A stretch of DNA of 63,925 bases, filler included, from Octopus bimaculoides (Eukaryota), in assembly GCF_001194135.2 (NCBI RefSeq). It is 6 parts of 5 records of this genome, joined end to end, with 100 filler letters (N's around TTAATTAATTAA, not from the genome) between each part and the next. Parts side by side here need not be neighbours in the genome. Positions count along the whole stretch, not along the records: positions 40,699 to 57,990 come from NC_068990.1; positions 58,091 to 62,804 come from NC_068984.1; 4 more parts are not named here. One strand, 5' to 3'. Each line of letters starts with the position of its first letter. Positions within the stretch are counted from its first letter, which is position 1. The notes beneath the pieces are model-generated. The model was given only the letters and a program-made list of their open reading frames with translations. It searched no databases and was not told the DNA's origin. The position numbers and the translations under genes are program-made. Below, piece after piece: positions 47,165-59,384 of the stretch.

Positions 47165-47450
47165 TAACGACCCTCTATGTTTGTTTTCGTTCGGTTTCCT
47201 TGAATGTCACTACTCTCCTGTTTTTGTTCCCAACTTTGACTCCCCCGCCATAAATCCTAAATTTTACTATGGTACTTATGGGAGTAACTGTCTTCGAAGA
47301 CTCATATTGTTGTTCAATGCTCGAAGTAGATAGGCAGCCGACAACTGACGAAGGGTCGTTCTTTATGTTACTTGTCCTGTTTTCCATTTGTTTGTCTCAT
47401 TGTTTGCGTGTTTCATGTTGTTTACTGTTGGTGACATCCTCTACTCATAT
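47165..47450. mobile_element. third member of the (TA)n-anchored family, inverted relative to 16683
   Basis: Reverse complement aligns with 16690-16990. Confidence 0.75.
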
Positions 47451-47588
47451 ATGCATATATATATATATNNNNNNNNNNTATATATATACATATATATATA
47501 TACGCATATATATATATTATTTATATCCTTATATTTATATATGTATATATTATATATGCTCTAAAAACTCAAAGACCATAGACACACA

Positions 47589-47630
<42 letters not shown>

Positions 47631-48119
47631 CACACACATGCGTAAAAAAGAAAGGAACAAAGAGACGGACACATGAAACGAGTGAGATTCAAGCAAACAG
47701 TGATATTGCTACAAAGAGAATTTGGAGTAGTTTCGCTGTGTTTTTAACGCACATGGGATACACAAATAGACAAGTGAGTCACCCTAAAGACACTTCCGAA
47801 CCTTTAGAAGTGATATAAAACCTTTTCTATTGACAACGCCATTAATTAAACACCTGGTTTGATGAATTTCACTAAATGAATTGACTGTGTTCTGGATTCG
47901 GTGTTCGTATAATTATTCCTTTCCTTTCATCCAAATTACAAACTGTGTCAATGTCAGCCGTCTTTTTAAGACGTATTACTAACCAACTAATCTTGTAACT
48001 CTTTTGTTGCTTGTCTGTCTATCTGTCCGTTTGTCTGTTTTGCTTGTCTCTCTGAATATCAGTCGTCCCCCCGCCTCTCCCTCTTTTTTTTTAGTTTTTA
48101 GTCTTTTTTTTTTTTTTAC

Positions 48120-48515
48120 TATAGGCACAGCTGTATGGTTAAGAAGTTAGCTTTGCAGTCACTTGGTTTGGGTTCAGTTTCACTGCTCGGAATCCTGGGC
48201 ACATATCTTCTGCTGCTATAGACTCTATAGACTGCTATAGACTGCGAACCAATGCCTTGTAAGTGAATTTGATAGATGGAAATCTGAGGAAGTTTATCGT
48301 GTGTGTGTGTATGTGTGTGTGTGTGTGTGTGTGTTTGCCCCAGCCTCTGCATTCCCGCAATTTAGCGGCGCGGTTCGGCAAAAGATGACGATAGAATAAG
48401 CACCGGTCTGAAAAAAAGAATGCTGAGGCCGATTTGCTCGACTAAACTTTTCAAAGCGGTGCCCCAGCATGGCCGCAGTCCAATGACTGAAACATGTGAA
48501 AGAAAAGATAAATGT
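48120..48515 (+). mobile_element. SINE family A, near full length
   Basis: Head GGCACAGCTGTATGGTTAAGAAG, GGGTTCAGT, GCGGTTCGGCAAAAG, CCCCAGCATGGCCGCAGTC. Confidence 0.85.
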
Positions 48516-48931
48516 TAAAAAGATAGAAGCGGTGAATGAAAAAAAAAAACTAGATCCGCGGACGTGAGACCACACACGTACATACATACATATATACATA
48601 CACATCACACAAACGTACCCATGAAACCAAATACACACACACACACACACGCACACACATACATATCCGTACCCTACTATACATCACGCGACGCGTATTC
48701 TATATATAAAATATACACTACACACCAGTATATCTCGCACGTGTGCATGCATTACGCACACACAGGCATACACACGCAAAACACATGCACCATACGTACA
48801 TCGCACATACATCGCACACACAAACACACACACACACACACACACAAACACAAACACATATACGCGCACGCACACACATGCACACAAACACAAACACATA
48901 CGCACACGCACACACATGCACACACACACAT

Positions 48932-48978
<47 letters not shown>

Positions 48979-50015
48979 CAAGCGCTGTCACGTGGTGTAT
49001 AAATAGAAAGTCATCCTGTTCCAGTTCAGAAACTCCAAGGTTTTACGTTAGAAAATAACTACAATAAAACTTATTTCTTTTCACCAGACACAATGTCACA
49101 CTTTGTTCCGTCTGTCGGATGAGCTTTTCTATTATTATATTACTGTCATTTACTTTAGCGATATTGGAAGAGTGACAAGACCAATTGCAGTCTCAGTGGG
49201 GGTTGAACACAATGCACAGAGACACATTAAACTATAAAACGGAAGGTAATTTGTCTGCGACGCCAGCTTCTGTTGATTTTCTGTTGTATCAAAGACAACA
49301 ATCACAAACACAAGAACAGCCACAACCACCACAATAACAACGACGGCACCAGTAACAACACCAACAGTAACAAAAATAACACTTTCTTTTATTTAATAAT
49401 GATTTCAAAATTTCTTTTATTTAGCAACGGATGGCAATTTTATTGAAATTAGTCATACGTACAAAATACATTTCGTGCACCAACGTTGATGCGTTAAGAC
49501 GATAGGTTTACAAAATGAACAAGCTAGTTATAGCAAGATGAACAAGCAAGTTATATCAAAATGAAGTACTGAAGGCGTTTCTGAAATATTATATCAAGAA
49601 GGCATTTTAAAAATGTGAGTAAAAACAGACAAATAGTAAATAAATTGTTTAAAGAAACATGTAATATATATAATAAAATATTATTTAAAAAGTATCTTGA
49701 GAAAAAATTAGGTCTGTCTACCTTCACAATGGATTAGAACCAACTGACCTCACTAGTTACAACGGGTGTTAGAGCAGCCTCATATCTCGTCCCACCTATC
49801 ACAGTTCAAACTGGAGCTTGCTGCACTCATAACTTGCAAAAAATCTTTTGTGTGGAATGAGACAAAACAAGAGATAACTGACGTCTTCTGGATATCCAGC
49901 CATGGTATATGGTAACATTGTTCTATTGTTTTTACTAAAGGTCTGTATTCTGGCCCTACTTTCCGTAATTAACATATCTAAGCAATATCCATCATTCTAT
50001 TTATGAGGTACTTAC

Positions 50016-50900
50016 TCATCCTTCGTACGCAGGACCGTGAATGTCATGTCTTCACTATCGTCGGCCAGAGAAGAGGTCTCCTTCTCACTCTTTCAGGTTG
50101 TCTTCTGCTCAAGTTCGTCCTTCTTCTTCGAGGTCTTCTACTTTTTCGAGCCCTATCTGACAGATTGGAAATCTTTATTTTACATCGTCACCTCTTCATC
50201 TCGTTATTTCCTGGTCGTTCATTTCCGAGACCGGGCACGAGGTGACATTCTCGTCATCTTTAGAACTGTGACCTGTTAGAAGGAAATCTGCTGCTGCAGT
50301 TGTTACTGTGGAAAAATCTTGTTCACTATTCCACCCCCCACCATCGTCTCCACTAGTCATAACTATGATAATGGACTCCCTTGGTTTCCTGATAACCTTC
50401 TGGTTCTGATGGTGGTTGCTCTCATCCTGTGATTCCCGAGATTCGACCGGGAGTATTTTGAGTACATCAGCATAGTCTGGGACTTGTGAATGATTTTGCC
50501 GATAGTCTCTTTTCTTTTACCTTTACTATTTCCGCAGGCAGAGAGCCCTGAAGTGATTTGTGTTTCCATATGTATAGCAACTGAACTTCTTTCCTTGCAC
50601 TACTAATGTAATTGGCCTTTCTTTCTGAACCTTCGATGATGGTCTGGTATGGTTTTGCGATCTCCAGGCAACATTATGATTTGTATGTCCCACGAGACCC
50701 TACCACCTGACTACGTGCCATTCCTGGCTCCTTCAACACCGGTTCATAATGAGCTCCAAAGTTCACGAAACAAGAGTAAACGTCACTGTAATAACTTTTT
50801 CTGTAACTCTGGTATTTCATCGATATATATATTTTGGCACCAGCGTATGCCGCACCAAAACGGTTTTGTAACTCTTCTCTCGACACCATATTACTCCTCA
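50016..50900 (-). pseudogene. decayed gag-like region, probably from an LTR retrotransposon
   Basis: Colinear across frames: IPELQKKLL, CLEIAKPYQ and C-YT-Y-GNTN-H-FRAL-C (50579-50538; CX2CX4HX4C spacing with the second Cys replaced by Tyr); many stops. Confidence 0.4.
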
Positions 50901-51139
50901 CGTCAGTTAGGCAGCTTTTAATTCTTCCATTGTGAGCATGAGAGAAAACCCGCACCCCTTTTTTGACGCTACATAAATAGGTAAGTTTCTTTTCATTAAT
51001 TTCTAAATAAAAATGCCCGGTAGACTTGCATTAGTTTTGTTACAAAAGTTTGTCAGAGATGTCTCGTTGTCGTTGTTGGTATTATTATCATTTTTTAAAT
51101 AGAAAAAGACATTTGTTAGTAGCTCCACTGCTGTTTTCT

Positions 51140-51140
<1 letters not shown>

Positions 51141-51208
<68 letters not shown>
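51141..51208. repeat. (TAA)n microsatellite
   Basis: Direct inspection. Confidence 0.95.
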
Positions 51209-51211
<3 letters not shown>

Positions 51212-51505
51212 GGTCACAGAAAACGAGAAAGCAACCATACTCTGGGATATGCCAATACACACAGATAGAGAAATTAAGGCAAATAGACCAGATATAGTTG
51301 TCAAAGAACATGAAGGAAAAAAATGCCTTCTAATTGATGTTTCAATACCAGCAGATGACAACGTTTCTCTAAAAGAAATGGAAAAACTTTCAAAATACAA
51401 AGACCTGGAAATAGAGATAACTCGAATGTGGAATCTAAAAACAGAAACAATTCCTATCATAGTAGGTGCCTTAGGTATAATAAAAAAATATTCAGACAAA
51501 TACAT
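51209..51505 (+). mobile_element. 5'-truncated R4/Dong-like LINE, RLE endonuclease domain without stops
   Basis: ATILWDMPIHTDREIKANRPDIVV..CLLIDVSIP..KLSKYKDLEIEITRMW..IPIIVGALG; begins directly after (TAA)n and runs into a gap. Confidence 0.92.
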
Positions 51506-51859
51506 NNNNNNNNNNNNNNNNNNNNNNNNNNNNNNNNNNNNNNNNNNNNNNNNNNNNNNNNNNNNNNNNNNNNNNNNNNNNNNNNNNNNNNNNNNNNNNN
51601 NNNNNNNNNNNNNNNNNNNNNNNNNNNNNNNNNNNNNNNNNNNNNNNNNNNNNNNNNNNNNNNNNNNNNNNNNNNNNNNNNNNNNNNNNNNNNNNNNNNN
51701 NNNNNNNNNNNNNNNNNNNNNNNNNNNNNNNNNNNNNNNNNNNNNNNNNNNNNNNNNNNNNNNNNNNNNNNNNNNNNNNNNNNNNNNNNNNNNNNNNNNN
51801 NNNNNNNNNNNNNNNNNNNNNNNNNNNNNNNNNNNNNNNNNNNNNNNNNNNNNNNNNNN

Positions 51860-52032
51860 AACTGGTTCAAAAAATAAATTTGTCAATCTACTTCATTTTG
51901 GTTAATATAGAAAGGATTGAGGTAACTCCTCCTGAAAATATAGAGTCAAAATTAAAAGAAGAGGAGTTACCTCAATCCTTTCTATATTAACCAAAATGAA
52001 GTAGATTGACAAATTTATTTTTTGAACCAGTT
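51860..52032. repeat. perfect 72-bp inverted repeat with a 29-bp spacer
   Basis: 51860-51931 is the exact reverse complement of 51961-52032; the left arm starts at the gap edge. Confidence 0.95.
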
Positions 52033-52099
52033 GAAGACACACGAGATGTCGAAATATCGTTCACCAGATAACAAATGGCACTCTTCTTTTAATTTTGAC

Positions 52100-52166
<67 letters not shown>

Positions 52167-52891
52167 AACAACAACAACAACAACAGCAACAACAACCACA
52201 ACCACAAGCATAAACTGGCCGAGAAGACGTCTCTTTGAAATGATGAGTGCTTTCTAACTGGTAAATTATTGTCTTTTGCGTCCTGTTCAGACGAGTATCT
52301 CATTATTCGTTTATTATTATTTTTTAAATGCTCTACAGAAATCACTGTTGTGTATAACCGTATAATATTTTCCTTCTATTTCTGTCTATTAATGCAACTT
52401 TTTGTACTCTCATACATTAGAGATGTAGTACTTCTGTTCGTTACTAGGAAAGTCTTGGCCGAAGTCAAATTCAAAATATGTCTCAGTGATCATCCTTAAT
52501 TCTCAGCTACTCAAAATGCACTGATAACCGCAAATATTTACATCACTGTGCTGCAGTATTACATAATTTTTATACGGTTTTACGTACACGCACGCATCAA
52601 CTTGCCATCAACCAATCAACATAAAGAATTCGAAGGCGCCTAAGGCTAACAGACATCGCTGACGAGTGTGTAGTGGTTAAATGTGTATCAGGATAAAGAG
52701 ATGCAAAAGGAATGTGTGTGCCTTTGAAGTAGACAAATGAGTGAATCGATTCATAATTTAAAATAATTTATTCAGTGGACTTAATTTGTCGTTGGTACAC
52801 ATAATTCTTCACTAATGTTGACAACTGATACGAGTTGCTAGAAATAGAAACAGGGTACATCTGTAGAAGTGATATGTCAGAAATGAATATA

Positions 52892-52961
<70 letters not shown>

Positions 52962-53504
52962 TAGTTCATCTGATACAGTAGTCTACCGTTGAACTTCGAA
53001 CATTGCTCTGGTCTCTGAGAAAAACTGTCGTGTCGTAGACCTTGCTCGTTTGACTGCTAAGCCCTTCTCCTTCTCGTCTATCTGTTGACCACCGTATTTA
53101 TAATAAACGTGGCAGCTAGAAAGACAGACATACTGCAGCAGAGTTTGTACCTAAATAGGTCAGCTGCTGTCCATTTGAACTTCGCCTGACATGGCTGAGG
53201 TCGTAGGTCAAAGGGAGATGATCAAACACTTTTTGACAGGACAAAGAAAACCTGTTTTCGCGCCTGTTGGTCGTGGTGGTTTGGACGACCAAGAATTCTT
53301 AGATTCGGTTTCGAATCTTGGCTTGGAGAAGGAAGTGTTAATTTTTACAAGTGTATATACTATTTACTGATTATATGTTATTAAATTTTACTCTAAATAT
53401 TATTCTAAACACGATACAATATCATTAATTATGTTTTAAAATTGTTCGGGATATTATTTGGGTAAATTACATTACTGCTATTTTCATCTATTAATCAAAC
53501 TCTG

Positions 53505-53780
53505 TATAGACTCCACCATCACAGATATAGCACTCCTATTCGTTGCTTGGAGGGTATTGACCAAAGTCAAACTCCCAAAATACTGCCTACTTAGTACCAG
53601 ACATCACTCCAGAGTCACAGGATAACTTCCTCGACGGTCGAGGTTGTATCAATATGGTTTCGTGACTAGGTAACTCCAAGTGAAATGCAAGGCGCAACAG
53701 CAAGACTTCATTGTGTATATAAATCCGTCAAAGGCTTTTAACACTGTATAACAAGAACTTTTCAATATCTTTCTGATTGA
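53505..53780 (+). mobile_element. decayed RTE-type LINE RT fragment
   Basis: DIALLFVAWRVLTK / LVPDITPESQDNFLDGRGCINMV / LQVKCK.QQQ / KAFNTV corresponds to RGISLLSVAGKVL..LPESQCGFR.GRG..DM..LQEKC.EQ..KAFDTV. Confidence 0.7.
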
Positions 53781-53977
53781 TATGTTTGTACGTACAAGTC
53801 GTGGTAAAGCAATAAAAGTAGATATTCTTGTTTTTATAAACTAATGTATTGGTCACACTCATATTCAAAATGGAAATACGAGAAGTCTCTGATAGCATAG
53901 TCATATGCGTGTGACGCCTCTTTTCCCTAAGTTCTATTATATCATATATAATCTTCTGTTACTCCTTATGTAGCACA

Positions 53978-54049
<72 letters not shown>

Positions 54050-54255
54050 NNNNNNNNNNNNNNNNNNNNNNNNNNNNNNNNNNNNNNNNNNNNNNNNNNN
54101 NNNNNNNNNNNNNNNNNNNNNNNNNNNNNNNNNNNNNNNNNNNNNNNNNNNNNNNNNNNNNNNNNNNNNNNNNNNNNNNNNNNNNNNNNNNNNNNNNNNN
54201 NNNNNNNNNNNNNNNNNNNNNNNNNNNNNNNNNNNNNNNNNNNNNNNNNNNNNNN

Positions 54256-54288
<33 letters not shown>

Positions 54289-54914
54289 TTTAGTGTATCT
54301 ATCTATCTATCTATCTATCTATATTATTGTTATAAAAAAATTTTCGCGCAAATATGACGGTTGAGCAACATATCATTATATAAGTGAACTCAGAGAGAAA
54401 GCACAACGAGAGAAAAGGGAGAAAGAAAGAGAATGGAAAACAGAAGGACGAAGTGACAGAAAGTAGAAGAGTTGCTACATAAAATAAAAGAGGGGAAATA
54501 CTAAGAAAATAAAAATAGATGCAAAACGAGGCTGGGAAGAGTGAGCAAGATACCGATCGAATATTTACGCGAGGTTTTGAGTTTTCTAGGATCGTATGAA
54601 GTAGCTGAGATTTATGAGTTTGAAGGGTTATATATCTAGAAAAAACTCAACCTCACAGATTTTGGCCTTTATAAAAAAGATAACCTGTGAATTTCTCGTC
54701 ATATAAACCGTCTGTTTGATAGGAGTTGAAATGATTTTATTAATGCATTCAACAAATTTAATTTCAGAATTGCAATGACTTCCAGCATTATTGTGATAAT
54801 GTTTTTAGATATTACCTTAGCATTAAGGACACATAAAACTCTGCAATATCTTTTTTCTATAAAAAGAACTTATGTAAGTGCAATATTATGGGGTTTAATC
54901 CTCTTTCATACAAT

Positions 54915-55515
54915 GGGTATGTAGATCCAAAAGTGTGGGCAGCTAGAGAACATCTGAAAGCAGCCAAGGAGCAATTCCTTGCTGATCCTACGGAGGAGAG
55001 GAAGGAGAATATGGAGGTAATGAAGGAAGAACTCTGTGCCGCTTACACTGAGGCCAGAGAAGAGGCACTGATAAAGAAGATCAGAAGGATGGAGAGAGCG
55101 GTTGACGGGTCTAGGGGTAAAGAGAGCTGGTCGATCATCAACGAGATCACAGGGAAGAAAAGAGGGAGTTCAAGTCATGTCCAGGGAACAGGGCCAGAGG
55201 ATAGAAAGAGTAAATGGCTGGACCATTTTAAGACCCTACTGGGAGAGCCGCCTTCCACAAACCAGAACACTGGGGAGATCAGGCAGCTGTTTGAGGAACT
55301 GAATATTGAGACAGGACCCTTCGTCAAAGAGGAGCTTCAGAGAGCCAAGAAGAAGATCAAGGAGGACAAGGCCTATGGAGACGATGGAGTAGCACCAGAG
55401 GTGATGAAGAGGAGTGATTTTGATGATATCGTCCTGGAGTTCTGTAATCAGGTACTGGAAAAAGGAGTTGCCCCAAATCAGTGGAGGATCAGTAACAGCG
55501 TCCCAGTGCCAAAGA
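54915..55515 (+). mobile_element. RTE/RTEX-like LINE fragment (region just upstream of RT), stop-free
   Basis: KESWSIINEITGKK..RKSKWLDHFKTLLG..LNIETGPF..EEL..AKKKIK..KAYGDDGVAPEV..VLEFCNQVL..PNQW..VPVPKK, which stops immediately before the usual GD..NYRGI motif. Confidence 0.85.
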
Positions 55516-56135
55516 AGGCAAGGTCCCTAGGAATGATAGGGGCGACATATCCATCTCTGAACTGTGCAACACCGTGGACAACCCTTCCAATCTTTTGGAA
55601 ACAGTGTTTCCCAATCTGAAAAGTAACAATGCAGACATCAATTGGCTCAGTGAAAGAACCATTCTGGCCCCCAAAAACGTAGCTGTCAGTGCTATCAACG
55701 ACCAGCTCATAAGCCGAATTCCGGGTGAGGAGGTCATCTACAAATCGATTGACCGGACCTCTGATCCCCAAGACATTGTCAATTACCCTATCGAGGTTCT
55801 CAACTCATTGGAGCCAGCAGGGCTTCCACCGCACATTCATAGGCTAAGGATTGGATGCCCAATTATGCTAATCAGAATCTTGCTTCCTCCTAAACAATGC
55901 AACGGGACCCGCTTAGTAATCAAGTCCCTGACGCCCCACTTGATTAAGGCCACCATTGTTACAGGGTGCGGGAAGGGTGAAAATGTTTTCATTTCAAGGA
56001 TGCAGCTTTATCCCTCGGGGTCAGATATGCCGTTTAACTTCCGCAGATCGCAGTTCCCGGTGAGACCATGCTTCGCCATGTCCATCAACAAATCCCAAGG
56101 CCAAACACTATCGGTGGCAGGCATCCATTTGGGGT
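55514..56135 (+). mobile_element. Helitron-type Pif1 (SF1B) helicase C-terminal fragment
   Basis: EGKVP..LLETVFP..WLSERTILAPKN..EVLNSLEPAGLPPH..GCPIMLIR..CNGTRL..GENVFISR..FRRSQFPVRPCFAMSINKSQGQTL; truncated before the terminal GQLYVAxSR motif. Confidence 0.92.
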
Positions 56136-56504
56136 TTTCCATTCAATCAGGATAAAAAAATTGATAAACCGATTCCTTATAGGATTTCCCACAAAAGTTG
56201 GTTACACCCCGTTTTCAACCATAACTTTTACCAATTTTGACATATTTTGCTCAAACTTGATGCCAGCATTACTTAGGACTCATGGGATCTTTGAATGCTT
56301 TAAGTTCTCAAAAAAAAAAACACAGTCGATGAGTGGAAATAATCGATAAACCGATTCCTTGTGGGATTTCCCAATCAAATTGCCTGCAACCTATTTTCAG
56401 CCAAACGTTTACCAATTTCAACAGATTTCGCTCAAATTTGATGTCGGTGTCACTTATTTTGGTTTGAAATAAAGCGCTTGATCACTTAATAAACCTAACT
56501 TAAT

Positions 56505-56532
56505 CCCGGGCAACGCCGGGCTATGCTGCTAA
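56505..56532 (+). mobile_element. Helitron 3' terminal hairpin and CTRR end
   Basis: CCCGG-GCAACG-CCGGG, then 12 nt ending CTAA, followed by T; same geometry as the end at 46739. Confidence 0.7.
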
Positions 56533-57829
56533 TATTCTATAAATTCTGGATCATGTTGAACATGTACCATTGATGAATTCTTCATCTTGGTAGCTCCTGG
56601 CAATCTGTTGAATTCTAGGAATGCGATAGTCTCAAAATGTCGTCATCAATATGTTTACACGAAGAAGCCTTAGCCTACTTACAAGCTGAATATTTTGCAT
56701 CAATGGGTAGAATAGCTTCAATCTTTTTGTCATTTCTTCGAAATTCTTCGTTGCTGTTTTTGAAAACCCCATGGAGTGATGTACTTTACGTTACTCGCAT
56801 TTGGTGTTCAATAGCTCTCTTGTAGCTAAATGTTATTCTAAGGCATTTCATATACGATTGCAAAATTTTAGTAAACTGTCATGTCTCTCTCTTTGTGAGT
56901 ATTTTTCTCAATATCGTCAAAAGGACTTGCTTTTTGTCTACTAAATATTTTGAACTTTTCTACTTTACTGGATTCTATTTTATTTATTTTATTACAAATG
57001 GCTTCATTTGCTGTATTTATTTTTTTTAATTTTATATTTTTGCGACCTTTTCACTTTGCCTTATTTTATTTTATTGTAAATATTTTTCATCTTTTTTAAA
57101 CTTATGACTACGACTGTTTTGACTGGAAATTTTTTTTACTATTTCTACTCTCCCAAAGCAAGCATTTATTCTTCCATCACTTCACTTCTATCCTTGTTTG
57201 CATTTTCATTCCCCCTCTCGGTCCATAACCATAACTTTTTTTAAACATTTTAACTTCTACTCTATCTCTCTCTTCCAATTAATCTTTATAAATTTTCATG
57301 CCACTCTCAGAATAAACTATTTCTTATACCACTCATTTATAAGTACACACACGCATAAACACACATATGTAGTGTTTTGCACTCTTCCATAACAAACACT
57401 CTTTATGTTTCCTGTTCTTTGTACCTCTTCTCTCTCTCTCTCTTCTGTCTATTTCAAGTATGTTTTATGGCCGCAGTCTCTTTACTTTCTATTGCTTATT
57501 CCTGTTTACTTTTCCCGTCTGTCTCTTATAAATATAATCCCTCTATACATAAAACTATTGTATCGTTTGCGATACACGAAGATAAATACCATCTCTTATT
57601 TCTCTTTCATTATTTTCCCTCGTCCTTTTACACATTTATTTTTGTTTTCCTTTTACATTTTCTACGCTTCCGGTTTTTCTTTCTGTTGCTCTCTTTCTCT
57701 CTATTTCCTCCATCCACGCATACACAACACTGGTGCGGGTCTTGAACCTTGAAACAATGGTTTTCAAACTGACGAATAATAATAATAATAATGATGATGA
57801 TGATGATGATGATGATAATAATAATAATG

Positions 57830-57990
57830 ATCCTTTCTACTATAAGCACAAAGCCTCAAATTTTGGGGGAGGGAGTAAGTTGATTACATCGACCCCAGTG
57901 CTCAATTGGTACTTATTTTAGCGACCCCGAAAGGATGAAAGGCAAAGTCTACCCCGACGGCATTTGAACTCAGGACATGAAGACGACGAC
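57830..57990 (-). mobile_element. SINE family C copy with a mixed (ATT)/(ATC) tail at 57775-57830
   Basis: TCCTTTCTACTATAAGCACAAAGCC..GACCCCGAAAGGATGAAAGGCAAAGTC..ATTTGAACTCAG. Confidence 0.85.
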
Positions 57991-58339
57991 NNNNNNNNNN
58001 NNNNNNNNNNNNNNNNNNNNNNNNNNNNNNNNNNTTAATTAATTAANNNNNNNNNNNNNNNNNNNNNNNNNNNNNNNNNNNNNNNNNNNNGAATATAACT
58101 CCTTTATTATTATTAATATAACCAAAAGGATCGATTCTTGAAGAGTCTACATACCTTCACTGTCATTTTTTTCTGCTATTTTGGTGATGATTTTTTGAGT
58201 TAGCTTACCAATTATTTTTGTTGGTAGTTAATTTATAATATATTAATATATATATATATATAAGTACATGTGTGTATGTATGTACGTATGCATGTATGTA
58301 CAGTGGGCAATGGCACTTGTAAAACACGCACACACAAAC

Positions 58340-58370
<31 letters not shown>

Positions 58371-58627
58371 AATAAATAATATATATTCATTGTATCTTAC
58401 AGCTCCACTCAATTATGATTTCCATTACATTATCCGACCCTATATGTTCGTTTAAAGAACACTGACATATAACGTAAATACGTTTCCAATTTAAAATACG
58501 TTTTGCTATACGTGTTGTTTGTGCACATATGTGTATATCTATCTGAGACACACACACACACACACATAGACACATGCACGCGCACATACACGCAGACATA
58601 TGCGCACACACATTGTCTCATGTACGC

Positions 58628-58668
<41 letters not shown>

Positions 58669-58678
58669 NNNNNNNNNN

Positions 58679-58724
<46 letters not shown>

Positions 58725-59384
58725 CTTAAGCATTTCTTGAAAGTGTCATTTCTTCCACGGCAAAACTTCGTGTTTCATCTTCAAGATTTTTGTTTGTTTT
58801 TCATAAATTGTTTTGTTTGTTTTTCATAAATTGATTTGTTTGTTTTGAGGGATTTTTTTTCTCCATGTTTGTCTCTTTCATGACTTTCAACATGTGCTAG
58901 TGCTTCAGCTGTCACTGTTTTTAATTAAATAAGATTTTTGATAACTATTTTTGTTGTGATTCGATTAATTTTACCACGTTATTCTTCATTTGTTTTAACC
59001 TCTAATTTGAAGCTTCTTAGAAAATTATCCATTGTTTACTACATCATTATAATTGTGTTTATTTTTCCTGCTAAATATATAAGATCAAAGATTTTCTGAT
59101 GGAAAAACCTTTTGAAATATTTTTTTTCTTTCCTACACAGAATTTAAATATTCAATATTCTTTAATTATGTTTAACAATCTCTAAAATATTTTAATGAAT
59201 ATTAAATGGTATCCACACAATTCTACAGAATTGTATTAATGTCACCGTTTATGTTGGCTCTGATATATTACGACAGGAAAGAGCTAAAATGACAACGTTT
59301 AAAATGAAATCATCAAAGATAAAATGCGGCTGTTTGGCTGGGAAAACATGTGACTGTTAAAAGGGGTTAATATAGGACCGAGGG

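Noticed and set aside
48564-49058. His/Thr-rich and Cys/Val-rich ORFs
   Set aside because: Translation of degenerate (CA)n/(TG)n repeats
52130-52345. ORF resembling a membrane-anchored peptide
   Set aside because: The hydrophobic stretch is translated (AAC)n/(AAG)n microsatellite
54888-56155. Single LINE-helicase fusion protein
   Set aside because: The two segments are in different frames, RT catalytic motifs and the last helicase motif are missing, and the LINE frame stops at 55619; only the DNA-level chimera is reported
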